DNA of 63,881 bases, counting the filler, from Piptocephalis cylindrospora (Eukaryota): the NCBI GenBank assembly GCA_003614145.1. It is 8 parts of 8 records of this genome, joined end to end, with 100 filler letters (N's around TTAATTAATTAA, not from the genome) between each part and the next. Parts side by side here need not be neighbours in the genome. Positions count along the whole stretch, not along the records: positions 8,111 to 16,097 come from KZ988177.1; positions 16,198 to 24,180 come from KZ988178.1; 6 more parts are not named here. One strand, given 5' to 3'. Made by a program: the position numbers and the translations under genes. This document shows, in pieces, positions 9,520 through 21,293 of the stretch (positions are counted from its first letter, which is position 1; each line of letters begins with the position of its first letter). The notes beneath the pieces were generated by a model. That model saw only the letters and a list, made by a program, of their open reading frames with translations. It did no database searches and was not told the DNA's origin.

Positions 9520-10216
9520 GCTGTGCTATACTGTACTGTGAAGTTGAGGATAGGAAGGAGGAGGAGGAGGAGGAGGAAGAGATGGGAGATGACGGTCATG
9601 AAGAGAAGGGATAAAATAGTGATATGAATTAGCACGATATAAAGCAGTCAAGGGGTACCAAATACACCCTCACCAAATGTCATCCTCGTTTCATGATGGA
9701 AGATAAGGGGATGACGAAGCCCTGGACGGGGGATAATGAGGAGAGGGGAGGAAGGAGCAGTGTATTTTTTTGTATCGACTCGATGGGAGGTACATTTCCT
9801 CCTCCTCCCTTCCCGCCTCCTCATGCATGCACCCTCATGCCTTTCCTCCAACTCGGGAAATCTCCGCCTTAGAGACTTGACCTCTCCGCCGGGGATGGGT
9901 CCATGCGGGGAGGTAAAGGGCCCTTAACAGGAAAGAGCCAGGGACCAGGGGTCCCGGTCCTAATGGATGATTGACTAGATGGGTCGTGTCATTGACGTCT
10001 GTCATCGAACATGGCCTGGATGGCATGCTCCAGGCTGTTTTATCGGATGATCGATTGACCGTACTGTTGTTGATGTTGCTGTTGTTAGCACTCTCGTCTG
10101 GGTTTGGGACCAGAGTACTCAGACGTGCCAATATGGATAATTAGAATGTCAACGCTTCTTCCTTCAAGTCCCTCTAGCAACGCGACCCCTTCTCTCCTCT
10201 CTCTATCAATACCGCC

Positions 10217-11394
10217 ATGCCCTTGGATTACCGAATCACCCAAAGACTGAGCATTCTGTCCAAGGAGCTAAGAGACAGTGCAGCGGCCCTTCGGGAGGCT
10301 ATTACCCAGCTAGGGGATGCAGCTGTTGAGGCTGAGACCCTTGGAGAAACCGATCTGGTAGGTGGCTTGCATTCTGTACAAGAACGTGGTCGTAGACACT
10401 TTACTCTACAATAGATCTCATGCTCTTAGGGCAGGTCAAGGAGCTGGATGACTTGGCCCGTCGTTTGATCCGAAACCAAATTCAAGCTCACCAGCATCAC
10501 GAAGCTTTTGATGCAGCAAAAGACAGCGCTAGCATATCTCATACGGTGGTGAGCGCTTTTGAATGGAATGATGAAGCATTTCTCCTCTCACCCATCGCTC
10601 CCTCATCCAGGAAGGGATTTCGGAGAAGTACCAACATGGATGCAAGGCCCGAGCAAGGGCCCTTCGTGCTGTGCCTCAAGCACAGCGATACATGGACGAT
10701 CCTAATTACCTGGATTTTCGTCAACGCATCTGGGTAAGTCTTTATTCTCTCTTGGGCCTGGTCAGTGGAAGAGACTATTTACCCTGTATGAGAGATGTAT
10801 AGGAGGTCAAGCATCCAGATGAGGAAATGCCCATACCCGGCCAGGAAGCGAATGGGGCTAGGGAGGATGATGAGGTGATCATCGAGACTGCCCGTACCTC
10901 ACTACATTGCCCCTTGACTGCTCAGTACTTTGAAAACCCTGTGATGAAGTAAGTTGCCCTAGATGAGCTTTAAGAAAAAGATACCCTCTTCTCATTCCCT
11001 TTCTCTCCCTGTCGTCCAGTCCTTCTTGCCGACACAACTACTCCAAAACAGCGGTAGAGTCCTATGTGAATGGTTTAATCCGTCAACGGAGATCAGCCCC
11101 TTGCCCCATACCTGGTAAGAAAGGATCGCGTACTTCATAGATGTGATGGAAAGCCATATTGTCTGACCCTATATCTTCCCCAGGATGTCAAGCCCTCCTA
11201 TCCATCAATGTACTTCAACCCAACCCGCCATTAGGCCGGATGGTTATGCGGGCTAAGCAGCGTGAAGAAGAGGAGGCTGCATCACAGTACCCTTCTCAAG
11301 CTGTATGTATTGAATATGATACACATGGAGGGTTGAGTATCCATGACTTATTGATCTTTTCTTTTTGTATACTTAGATTCGGGAAGTGGATTAA
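10217..11394 (+). CDS. NSE2: Smc5/6 SUMO E3 ligase Nse2/Mms21 (SP-RING), multi-exon
   Basis: Spliced reading gives RYMDDPNYLDFRQRIW...EDDEVIIE...SLHCPLTAQYFENPV...CRHNYSK...PCPIPGCQ...IREVD*. Several short GT-AG introns. Confidence 0.82.
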
Positions 11395-12059
11395 GGGGAG
11401 GCTGAGTAGAAGGAGACGAGAAAGATCCTTGAACAAAGCGTACATTCATGTCATAGCAAAAGATTGCCCTTTATTGCTTCTTTTCCTCCTCCTTGACCTC
11501 GGGTGCTTGTGGCTCGGTTGTGTCCTCTGGGAAAGGTACTGCAGCAGAGTGGATCTGAGATCGGTCTGTGATGATCTTGCCCTCGTTCATCCTGGTCATG
11601 AGACGAACAGGCGATTGACGCGAAGTGAGTAAATCGCTTTTGCCTTCGCATCATAGCTTCATCCCATCCTATCTTAAAAAACTCACCGACGAAGTTCATC
11701 CAAGGAGGGCTTCCAGAGATAAAACCCAGAAATAACGCCGACACCCACGGCAATAAATCCAGGTAGGTTACGTTGGAAGAAGGACATGACGTGGTGTGAA
11801 GGACCGAGAAAGACTAAGCGAGTCAGAAAGGACAGAAGGCTGGGGATACTGCCAGAATAACTCTATCATCCTGAAAGCTACTACCCCCCATCTCAAGGAT
11901 CGTCAATCAACAACAAACCTACTAAACCCACTAAACCCACTAAATTTGATTATATTTTTATGGTGGCTAGTCCCAGCTATAAAACTCCGCCTTCCAGTCC
12001 CATCTGCCCTCCCGATGCAAAGCACGTCTTTGCCCACGAATCCCCTCGTCTTTTCTCCC

Positions 12060-13145
12060 ATGTCGCTGCAACCTTGGCGTATCCTTTCAATCGTTCGTCC
12101 CATCCTGATCAACTCTGGCTCTCCTTTGTTCCATCTCTCCAGATCCTGTCTTCAAGCACACTCGCTTCAACCCATACTCCCTCGGCGCACCATGAAGATC
12201 TACACCAAGACCGGCGATAAGGGCACGTCAGCCCTGTACAATGGGGAGCGTCGACCCAAGGATGACTTGGTTTTTGAGGCCCTGGGCTCCACCGATGAGC
12301 TTTCCTCTTTACTTGGGTAAGAAAAGAGGAGGGGGGATTACTGTTAAGAGGCAAAGCCGATATGAACCACTACCCTGCACAGATTGGCCAGAGAATACTG
12401 TCTAGAGGAAGGGAATGGGCTAGAGACTAGATTGGAAAAGGTACCCTCTATCCAGAGTAGATGATCTTTTTTCTATCAACATGCTCACGCACTCCCTCCC
12501 TCCTAGGTTCAATGCATCCTTCAGGATATTGGCTCCAACATCGCCACTCCAAGGGCAACGTCAGGCCCAAGTAAACTAGGTAGATGATGACCTCTTGGTA
12601 TTAGACAGGCATGAACTATCCTTATGACCGAACTGTTCGATTCAACATAGGAAAGACGGCATTCGATGATGGAGGCCATTTGACCAAAGAACTGGAAGTT
12701 TGGATCGATGAGATGAGTGAATCCCTACCTCCATTGAAAAATTTCATCCTACCGGTCAGCAGCTAAGAGAGTTAAAGAGAGGGAAAAAGAGAAACATAAA
12801 GCCTAACAACACACTCCTTCATATCGCGGCTACAGTCTGGGGGAAAGGCCTCTTCGACGCTTCATCTGGCTCGATCCGTATGCCGTCGGGCAGAGAGACA
12901 CATTGTCCCACTTGTGGGCCAGGGACAAGTGGACACCTCCTCGCAAATATACCTAAATCGGTAAGAGAGGGGAGTAAACAGGTTCTGACTCACCCATGGT
13001 GTATTCCTTCTAACTTGAATCCACATCCTCATCTTCCTGGGTCAGCTTGAGTGATGCTCTGTTCACGGCGGCTAGGGCAGCTTCCAAGAATTCTGGAAGA
13101 GACGAGGTCATTTATCGGAGGCCTACCCCTGATAGGGGGGCATAA
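12060..13145 (+). CDS. MMAB: ATP:cob(I)alamin adenosyltransferase (PduO/MMAB type), five introns, probable mitochondrial presequence
   Basis: [60 protein letters not shown]. In-frame ATG at 12060 adds an Arg-containing, acid-free leader; the alternative start is 12192. Confidence 0.95.
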
Positions 13146-13328
13146 GAGGTGATCATCTCAAGAGTTAACACGAACTGCAATGAAGAGAATTCAAGGGGTC
13201 AACTGAATGGTGTATTGGTACGGGAAATGATGAGGGGATAAGGTAACAGGATGCTAGTGTGCCTTTGATGAATGAGGATACAGGGAAAGATGTGATGAAG
13301 GCACGATGGATGAGATGAAAGACAACGC

Positions 13329-13565
13329 CTACTTCATCAAAGACTCATCGTCAAAGGAACCATGACCGGTACGGGTGGTCTCGGGGGAGGCAGTAGGGGA
13401 AGTGATGGGAGTGGCGGTGCCGGAGCCGGGGAAAAAACCAACACGGGAAAGGAACTTTGTAGGGACTTTTGGGCTGGAAGACTTGCGAGACGTCTCCTTG
13501 GGAGCCTTGGGGATCTGGATGATGGGACTGCCGTAGGGCATGGTACCGATGTATCCGCAGTGCAT
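13329..13565 (-). CDS. Small Ser/Thr/Pro-rich hypothetical protein (78 aa)
   Basis: MHCGYIGTMPYG...SFDDESLMK*; C-ending codon bias and an upstream pyrimidine tract like other genes here. No family recognised. Confidence 0.4.
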   Translation of the reverse strand: MHCGYIGTMPYGSPIIQIPKAPKETSRKSSSPKVPTKFLSRVGFFPGSGTATPITSPTASPETTRTGHGSFDDESLMK

Positions 13566-14528
13566 GTTGATGTGATGGGGGGAGGGAAATTGGGAAGAGG
13601 GTGTGGAGATGGGGCCGGTAAGAGCAATGTGAATATTGTCAGGAAGAAGTAGCACGAGAGGATGTGGGTGGGGGAAGAACAGGATGGGGAGTGTAGAAGA
13701 GGAGAGAGAAGGCTAGCTTTTTATCCTTGCTCGGGAATCAGGATGACACCACCGTGCGTTCCCTTATCTCTTCCTGATTTTTTCTCCCATGGAATCAGAC
13801 GATATGGGGGAAGGAGACAGTCCGGTTGAGCCATGAACAAGCATGTACAATGCCCTTATCAGCACACTATTCCTGATCCGAACGGAGCTGGTCCAGTCGA
13901 TAGGTCTCTTTGTTCTAGGTAGAGGCGTAATCATCCTATAGAATAACAGGATCAGCCCGGGTCTCGCCCCCTTTTCTTAATGGATACTGATAGGGACTTT
14001 TGGGCTGGAAGACTTGCGAGACGTCTCCTTGGGAGCCTTGGGGATCTGGATGATGGGACTGCCGTAGGGCATGGTACCGATGTATCCGCAGTGCATGTTG
14101 ATGTGATGGGGGGAGGGAAATTGGGAAGAGGGTGTGGAGATGGGGCCGGTAAGAGCAATGTGAATATTGTCAGGAAGAAGTAGCACGAGAGGATGTGGGT
14201 GGGGGAAGAACAGGATGGGGAGTGTAGAAGAGGAGAGAGAAGGCTAGCTTTTTATCCTTGCTCGGGAATCAGGATGACACCACCGTGCGTTCCCTTATCT
14301 CTTCCTGATTTTTTCTCCCATGGAATCAGACGATATGGGGGAAGGAGACAGTCCGGTTGAGCCATGAACAAGCATGTACAATGCCCTTATCAGCACACTA
14401 TTCCTGATCCGAACGGAGCTGGTCCAGTCGATAGGTCTCTTTGTTCTAGGTAGAGGCGTAATCATCCTATAGAATAACAGGATCAGCCCGGGTCTCGCCC
14501 CCTTTTCTTAATGGATACTGATAGGGAC
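13460..14528. repeat. Tandem duplication, 531-bp period
   Basis: TAGGGAC recurs at 13460, 13991 and 14522; the two units look identical by eye. Confidence 0.95.
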
Positions 14529-16097
14529 CTCTAAGCAGGTAAAGGAAGGAGGAGAATGCAATCTCTATCAAGGACTATGAGTCAACAGGAGGAAGAGAAA
14601 AAAAAAGGACGATATTCATCCTTTACCAATGCTTTCTCGCCGAGCCTTGATAACGAGATCGTCTGTAGATTGGCCCAGAAGGAGTAATTGACCTCGGGGG
14701 TCTCGGCCACGTTCAGAGTCGTTGCACGGTTTCATTGGGCAGGGCGGAGTATCTGGCCAATCTCGCATATTGTATTCGTGGTCTCGGAGAGTGAAAGTAG
14801 AGTGGGAGAGATAGGCGGAGGTAACTTGACTGGAGTAAGAGGGAATACAGTGTCATCCTCGGCCTCTAACGTTTACGGGAAATCGTCAGGGTCCTGATAA
14901 GGACTGGGAGAGGGGAAGGGGGGGAGGGGGGCATCGGAGGATTTACCCTCTTATGGCCTCTACTCTAGCCAACCTGAAGGATAGATCAAAGAAAGGACAT
15001 GTCATCCCAAGTCGAAGATCATTGGAGGAGATTGAGCTTGTTGATATGGGTCTCATCCTGGGGCCTAGGATGTAAAGCAGTGTTTATCCATCCATCCAGA
15101 GGGGAGGATCTGAATCTCTTTGGACTCATCCGTGAGATGGATTAGATAAACCTCCAAAGACAGCTTGTTGGTCTAAGAAGAAAGGGAAGGACGTCTTATT
15201 GCTCATTCATGGGGAAAATGGGGTCAAAGAGATAAGGCGCACAGTTCTCTTCCTTCTCCTTATCTATCCCATGCGTGGGTGAGTCCATTCCACGTAAACT
15301 CGATAACTCGATGATGGTGGTACACATGCTGTCATGGCTCTACAGTGTGGATCCTCACACAGTACTGATAGTGAGAAAGAGAAGGTAGGTGTGCATATGA
15401 GCCTGAATTAGATATACTTGATGCCCGTGATGTGGGCCTCGGTTTAGTATGGTCCTTGAGTTGATGATCTGGATTGAGGCTAATACGCGAGAGAACGAGC
15501 TTTATTCTTGGCACAGGATATTCCTATCAGGCTTGGTCTTCCCCCCATCAGACTTGCCCATCCCCACCAGCAGGCTCAGTCGTGTCTATCACGCCTTAAA
15601 TCACACAAGAGATCAACCAAGTCAATCCTCAAAAGCCATCAAGACGACATATTTGCCCTTCTTGTATCCATCCATCGACTTTGTGTCCATCAACACATCC
15701 TTTTCAACAAGAGTGTCAATCCACGAGATTATATGTCCACGCCAATGCACTCCCACCCAAACCTGTCAACTCCGCCTAATGCCTCTCCCACCATCGTCAA
15801 AAGCCATCTCCTCTCATTTCGTATGGGGCTTATGCAGCTCCGTGTCTCTCCTTGACCCTTGCAACCCCGTCTCCGCCACACCAGCTTGAAGATGAGACGG
15901 ACACTCCACTTCCCCTGTGGCCTCTCACAATATCCATCACTCTCTCTTTCTTCTCCTTTCCCATCCAATTTGACTCATTGTCCCCGAATCCCTCTTGACG
16001 CCTCCCCTGATACACTGTCCATCCTATCCTGATCAGTCGCTGCCGCCTTGTCCAACATGTATAAAAGAGACGAGGAGTTGATCCATTTTATCCATCT

Positions 16098-16197
16098 NNN
16101 NNNNNNNNNNNNNNNNNNNNNNNNNNNNNNNNNNNNNNNNNTTAATTAATTAANNNNNNNNNNNNNNNNNNNNNNNNNNNNNNNNNNNNNNNNNNNN
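16098..16197. other. Artificial contig linker
   Basis: N44-TTAATTAATTAA-N44. Confidence 0.99.
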
Positions 16198-17121
16198 AAC
16201 CTTGTCGGCCCTGATGATAAAGTGTATCCTGGGCGGATGGGGGCATGTACGGGGCAAGGGAACACAAGGAACACAGAAGGGGGAGACCAGGTGAGAGTAC
16301 AAGTGACCTTCCAAGCCCACACACACACACACACACACATACACACCTACACTGCGCTTTCACCCCTTCTCCCTCTCCCCCTATTGACGACGGGCAGTCC
16401 CGAGTCCAAGGTTCCAGGCGAGGTGGGGGACAGAGTGCGATGGTGGGAGGCCTTATAGGTGTGTGTATGATATGTGTGTGCGTGTCCTGATCCTTGATGA
16501 GAGGACCTTGTCCCATCCCCCCTTGAAGAGGAAGAGAGGGAGTGTGCCTGCCCCATCCCCCATCACGCACTCTACTGGACCACGGACCTCCTGGGGGCTA
16601 TAAAATACCATCCATCGGGGACGACGACCTTGCCTCTCACTCTCACTCTCCCCTTCACCCAAGTCTCCATCTCTCTTCACACTTATACTACCTCCTCTCC
16701 CTTTCTCTTGCTTCCCTTATCAACCGTCAGCCGCAAGGGCATCCGTCACCTACTATCGCCCTGCTCCCTTGGTCAACCCCTGCACTTTCCCTTGGTCTGC
16801 CGCCGTCACCACCACCACCATCCTTCTATCGTGCCTCCTACGTGTGTGGCCTTTCACCTTTACCCCCCCCCCATCCATTAAACACCCAGATTATATCTTC
16901 CAGGACCTTGCTTTCTTTCTGCTACTCTTCTCCTCACTCTCTTTCTGCCTCCCTTACCCTTCTATTCCTCTTCATCAGCGCTTATTACCATTCTAAATGT
17001 GTAAGCAGTGCTCGTGTGAATGATCATTTGACGCCCTTGGCCCACTCGCTCATTCCTCCCCTCTCTTCATGTAGCTTCTCTACGACGATCCATTTCTCGT
17101 CGACATCAAAGCCCAGCTGAA

Positions 17122-18730
17122 ATGCCTCTCACTACCCCTGGGCCCACCTCTGGTTTAACGGGGAGGAGTGCTCGTCGGAGTACGATCAATGGAGGAGGAG
17201 GAGGAGGAGGAGGAGGAGGATCTTCTGGACAGGGCGTGCCCACCACCACTCCGACTGCTTCTGTCCACGGCGCGGATTCAGCAGCAGACATGATCGAGCC
17301 CTTGAGTCATGCTCCCATCCCCTCTTCCTCCGAGGCAACCCTTGCCACAGACCTCCAGAAAGGAGAAGGAGAGGCGGGAGAGGAGGAGGAGCCCTTTTCC
17401 GTCACATGTCCATGTGGGCTGGATACGGACATTGCCTACTGGATCCAGTGTGAGGACTGTGAGTCCTGGCAGCACGGGCCCTGTGTTGGTTATCCCGATG
17501 AGGACAAGGCTCCGGAGCATTATTGGTGTCAGGAATGTCGACCTGGAGCCACTCCCGGTCTTCTGACTGGGGCTTCCAAGGTCAAGGGGGAGGATCTCCC
17601 TTCCAGCGATTCCAACGAAGCTATTCGACCCTCCCACAAGTGAGTCTTTTTTCATCTAGAGCGAGGTAGGATGAGAAGAATCCTCCCTGACTCACGCCAA
17701 ATGCTCTCCTCCCCCTCCCCCACCTAGACGGCGATCCACCCTATCCAGATCCTCCAAGACGAGGAAGAGGGGAAGACAATTCAAGGAGGAGGAGGAGGAG
17801 GAGGAGGAGGATATCCCAGGCAAGGAGGACATCAACATGGATCTCGATGTCAAAGTGGAAGAGGAAGGAGAAGAGGAGGACGAAGACGATGATGAGGAGG
17901 AGGACATGGCGGAGGAAGCATCCTCTCCTATGGACTCTGCCCCCTCCACCCGATCCAAGGTGCAGGATATCTCGGGGAAGCGTCAAAGGGAATCTCAGTC
18001 CAATGGAAATTCTGGGATGGGGACCACGCAAAGATCCTCCCGATCCGGCTCCACAACAGGACGTAGTCAGCCCCCATCCCGGTCCACCAGTCCCACAAAG
18101 GTCAAGCGGTCCTCGACCACCCCTAATTCCATCCCCCCAACTCATCCTTCCCCATCACGGAAGAGATCCAGTCACGGGAGGGGCAATGGGCCATACAGTA
18201 CCCCGGAACCCACTGGAACCAAGAAATCGAAAGCCAAATCATCATCATCGTCCTCCTCCTCCTCCTCCTCTTCTTCCTCCTCCTCCTCCATCACCATCAC
18301 CACGACCACCCTCCCCTCTGGTTCAGCAGGACTAGGGAAACACACTGGATCTCCGGAAAGCGCAGTGCCTCCCCCGCTCAAGAGGACCAACTCAACGGCC
18401 TCCAGATCCTCTTCCCCCATAATCAAGGCCTCTCCCCTCTCCTCCTCCTCCATCGCCTATGAGCCCCTAAAGATCACCCCACGTCAGTCTTTGGAGAATA
18501 CCAGTGTGCGTGACCTCCTACGACAGGCTCAAGGGGTCATGTGCTACGTGAATCGACTACGCGGGGAACTAGCAGACCGGTCCGCCATCACCTCCTCCGC
18601 CGAAGGGGCCGAGAAACGCGCCAAAGCCAAGGCCGAAGGCAAGGACGTATGGACCCTGATGGATCAGGTCACCGAGCAAGCCGGATCCATCACCCAGGAC
18701 ATGACTCAATTCCTTGATCGGCTTTCTTGA
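17122..18730 (+). CDS. CTI6: PHD-finger Rpd3L histone deacetylase complex subunit, Cti6-like
   Basis: PHD CPCG...WIQCEDCESWQHGPC...YWCQEC. Intron 17640-17727 joins in frame to give KRRSTL. C-terminal helices SVRDLLRQAQGVMCYVNRL...LMDQV. Confidence 0.72.
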
Positions 18731-19381
18731 TTCTTCTTCACATGTGTTGTCGGACGTGTAGGGTATCCCCTGTAGTACAAGCCATTTTTCATTGGAGGTG
18801 CGTGCACTTGCCATGCTTCACAAGAGCAGATCCGGTCGGTTTACAAAGGTCATGGTAAACTCATGTCCCCCAACGCACACGCCTTTTACACTGTACGGAG
18901 CTGAGTCCGAGAATTCCTCGTGTTCTTCCCCTTCCTTTCCTCGTGCCCCAAAGGCCCTAATCATCAATCACATCACATCGCATCACATCCTCACCACCCT
19001 CCTCCCCCTATCTCGCATTCGATTGACAGCGAGCGGAGTTGATGTAGAAACATGAGGTCTCCTTTCAAACCAATCCGAGTATCTAGGCAATCCACTATCG
19101 GAGTTGGATGGGGAGAAGGGAGAGGATGCGCGCCCTATGCTCTCCCTCTTGTCTCCGACCATACGCCCCTTTGTCCTCATCTCCGACCGCGTATTCACTT
19201 CTTTCTTCTCCCCTTTTTTTTACATCCTCCTGCCTTCATCCGTCCATTCTTCCTTCCTTCCTTTTTCTCTCTCCCTCCCCTTTGCCACTTCTTCTCCCTA
19301 TCTCTCTATGCGTCTTTTGACCCTGTTCCGCTCTCCCCTCCTCTTTCTTTCCTAACCACTTGACGACTTTGCCTCTCCCTC

Positions 19382-20845
19382 ATGACCATCACGGCCTTGA
19401 CGTTGGAACCCATAAAGGCCCCTCCTCCCTCCCCAACTCAATCGGCCCGGCCGCCCCACACCTCAATACCTACTACCCCCACTCGATGGAACCAATCCTC
19501 CCCTCTCGCCTCCACTATCCCACTCTCCATGGCCATTGCCCTACCCCTACTTCTGGGTCTCATCGGCGTCTTATCCTATGCTTGGGCCACGAAACGCGCT
19601 TCAGATTTTCCCTCCCGTGCCCGACCCTTCCCGACCCTCCTTCTTCTCATTATTGTTCCATGCATACTACTCACGACCTTAGGACTACGTGAGGCCCTGG
19701 CCCCTGTCTTCCCATGTGCCTTTAGCCTCTGGTCCACCTCCATCCTCCTACCCATGTGGCTCCTCACCATCCTCCTCCTCTCCACCCGAAGGGTCCTTGC
19801 TTTACGCTACGCTCGGGCCGATCGGGAGGGTATGCTACGTGCAAAGGCCACAGCCAAGGGGGATTGGGCATGGGCCGAGAGGGAGCTTGATCATCCGGGC
19901 TTGGCGGGGAGAGGGATGACTCCAGTCCTTAATGACTCTGAAAAGAGAATCTCTCCGACCCTCGTTGACTCTCTCCCCGGAATGAGAACCCCTCCAACCC
20001 CCAGTGATCCAGGAACCACCCCTCCATTGGCTCCTCCACCCTCAACAGCCATCGCTGCTGCTGCCTTACATCGTAGAATCGAACAGGCCTGTCAGGCCAC
20101 CACCACTACCTCCTTCTCCTCCTCTCCCAGTCCTCCATCCCCTCTCTCAGCCCCTCCACCCATACCTTCGTCGACTCGACGAAATACGCGCCTGTCCATC
20201 CTCGGGGATTTCGCGGATCTGTGTTCCAGGACCTTTCGTCCCTCTCCCGTGCCACTAGAGCTACCCGAAGCTGCCTCCGTCTCCAGGACCACCTCCATGA
20301 GGAACGGATGGAATGCTAAGCCCCAGGCCCCCGCTCTCCCCGCCCCCACGATCCAGCTGTATGGCTGGGAGTACCGACATCGACATTGCATTCGAGGGTA
20401 TGGACTGGGTCGCATGCTAGGTGTCGGGCTGATCCTCCATCTTGTGATGACGATGGTGGTGCAGGTGGAGACATGGAGGTATGGGCCGGAACGGACGGCC
20501 AAACTGATGGAGACATGCCGTGGAGGCTGGGAATACCTTCCCATGCTCATCTCCTGCGTCGTCTATCTCTCCCTCCTCCTTCCCTTTCTCATGCACTTGG
20601 CCAAGCCTCTGACTTCCCAGCTGGGGCTAGAGGGAGGGAAGAGGGAGGAGGATCCATGGAGAGAGTTTTGGGGCTGGATGGGGGTATCCTTCCTTCTGAC
20701 CCTACTAGCGGCATTACTTTCCTTTGCCGTATGGGTTGGCCCGCTCGGTCTACTGATGATGGCGACAGCGGCGTATCTTGGGACATTGGGGATGGGAATT
20801 GCCCTGCCTTATTCTCAAGCACGACGTGGTGTACTTGAGGCATGA
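19382..20845 (+). CDS. Multi-pass (about 7 TM) membrane protein with a long Pro/Ser cytoplasmic loop
   Basis: 487-aa intronless ORF: three hydrophobic spans, a low-complexity loop, four more spans. CRGGWEYLP resembles the TM region of fungal 7TM-RGS (GprK-like) receptors. Confidence 0.65.
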   Translation: MTITALTLEPIKAPPPSPTQSARPPHTSIPTTPTRWNQSSPLASTIPLSMAIALPLLLGLIGVLSYAWATKRASDFPSRARPFPTLLLLIIVPCILLTTLGLREALAPVFPCAFSLWSTSILLPMWLLTILLLSTRRVLALRYARADREGMLRAKATAKGDWAWAERELDHPGLAGRGMTPVLNDSEKRISPTLVDSLPGMRTPPTPSDPGTTPPLAPPPSTAIAAAALHRRIEQACQATTTTSFSSSPSPPSPLSAPPPIPSSTRRNTRLSILGDFADLCSRTFRPSPVPLELPEAASVSRTTSMRNGWNAKPQAPALPAPTIQLYGWEYRHRHCIRGYGLGRMLGVGLILHLVMTMVVQVETWRYGPERTAKLMETCRGGWEYLPMLISCVVYLSLLLPFLMHLAKPLTSQLGLEGGKREEDPWREFWGWMGVSFLLTLLAALLSFAVWVGPLGLLMMATAAYLGTLGMGIALPYSQARRGVLEA

Positions 20846-21293
20846 GTGTATACGTATGGACATGGGTTTCCTTTTTTTTTTCCCTCTTTTATTTATTTAC
20901 ATCTTGTGGACATCCCCAAGGGGTCTGTTGTGTTGAACTAGGGTGAGTGTGGGAGGAAGGCGTACGGACACACCATGAGGGTGTGTGTAACCCCCCTTCA
21001 TGGATAAGACATTCAAATCTGATAAGAGAAGAGAAAGAAGACAAAGGCCTTTTTGTAGAGACTCCTTCATTAGGATGAGGAGGGTGACACGCTCATCGAG
21101 TACTCTCCTCTTCTCCTACGACACACGGATGGATTCTCCCAGCCTCCAGGAAACAAAAGATTCATTGGGGAACACAGGGGATGGCACTCACCCTGATGTG
21201 ATGTACAACCAACCCATTGGGATCTTTTGGGAGGGAGGGGTGAGGGGGTGCGGAGATGGCTTGACCGTCCAGGTCCGACTGATGGGTTGGTAC

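Noticed and set aside
9835..10131. 98-aa minus-strand ORF upstream of NSE2
   Set aside because: Non-ATG start, low complexity and no motif.
14600..14910. Protein-like minus-strand frame (PSPYQDPDDFP*TLEAEDD...)
   Set aside because: In-frame stops and no recognisable family; at most an unassignable remnant.
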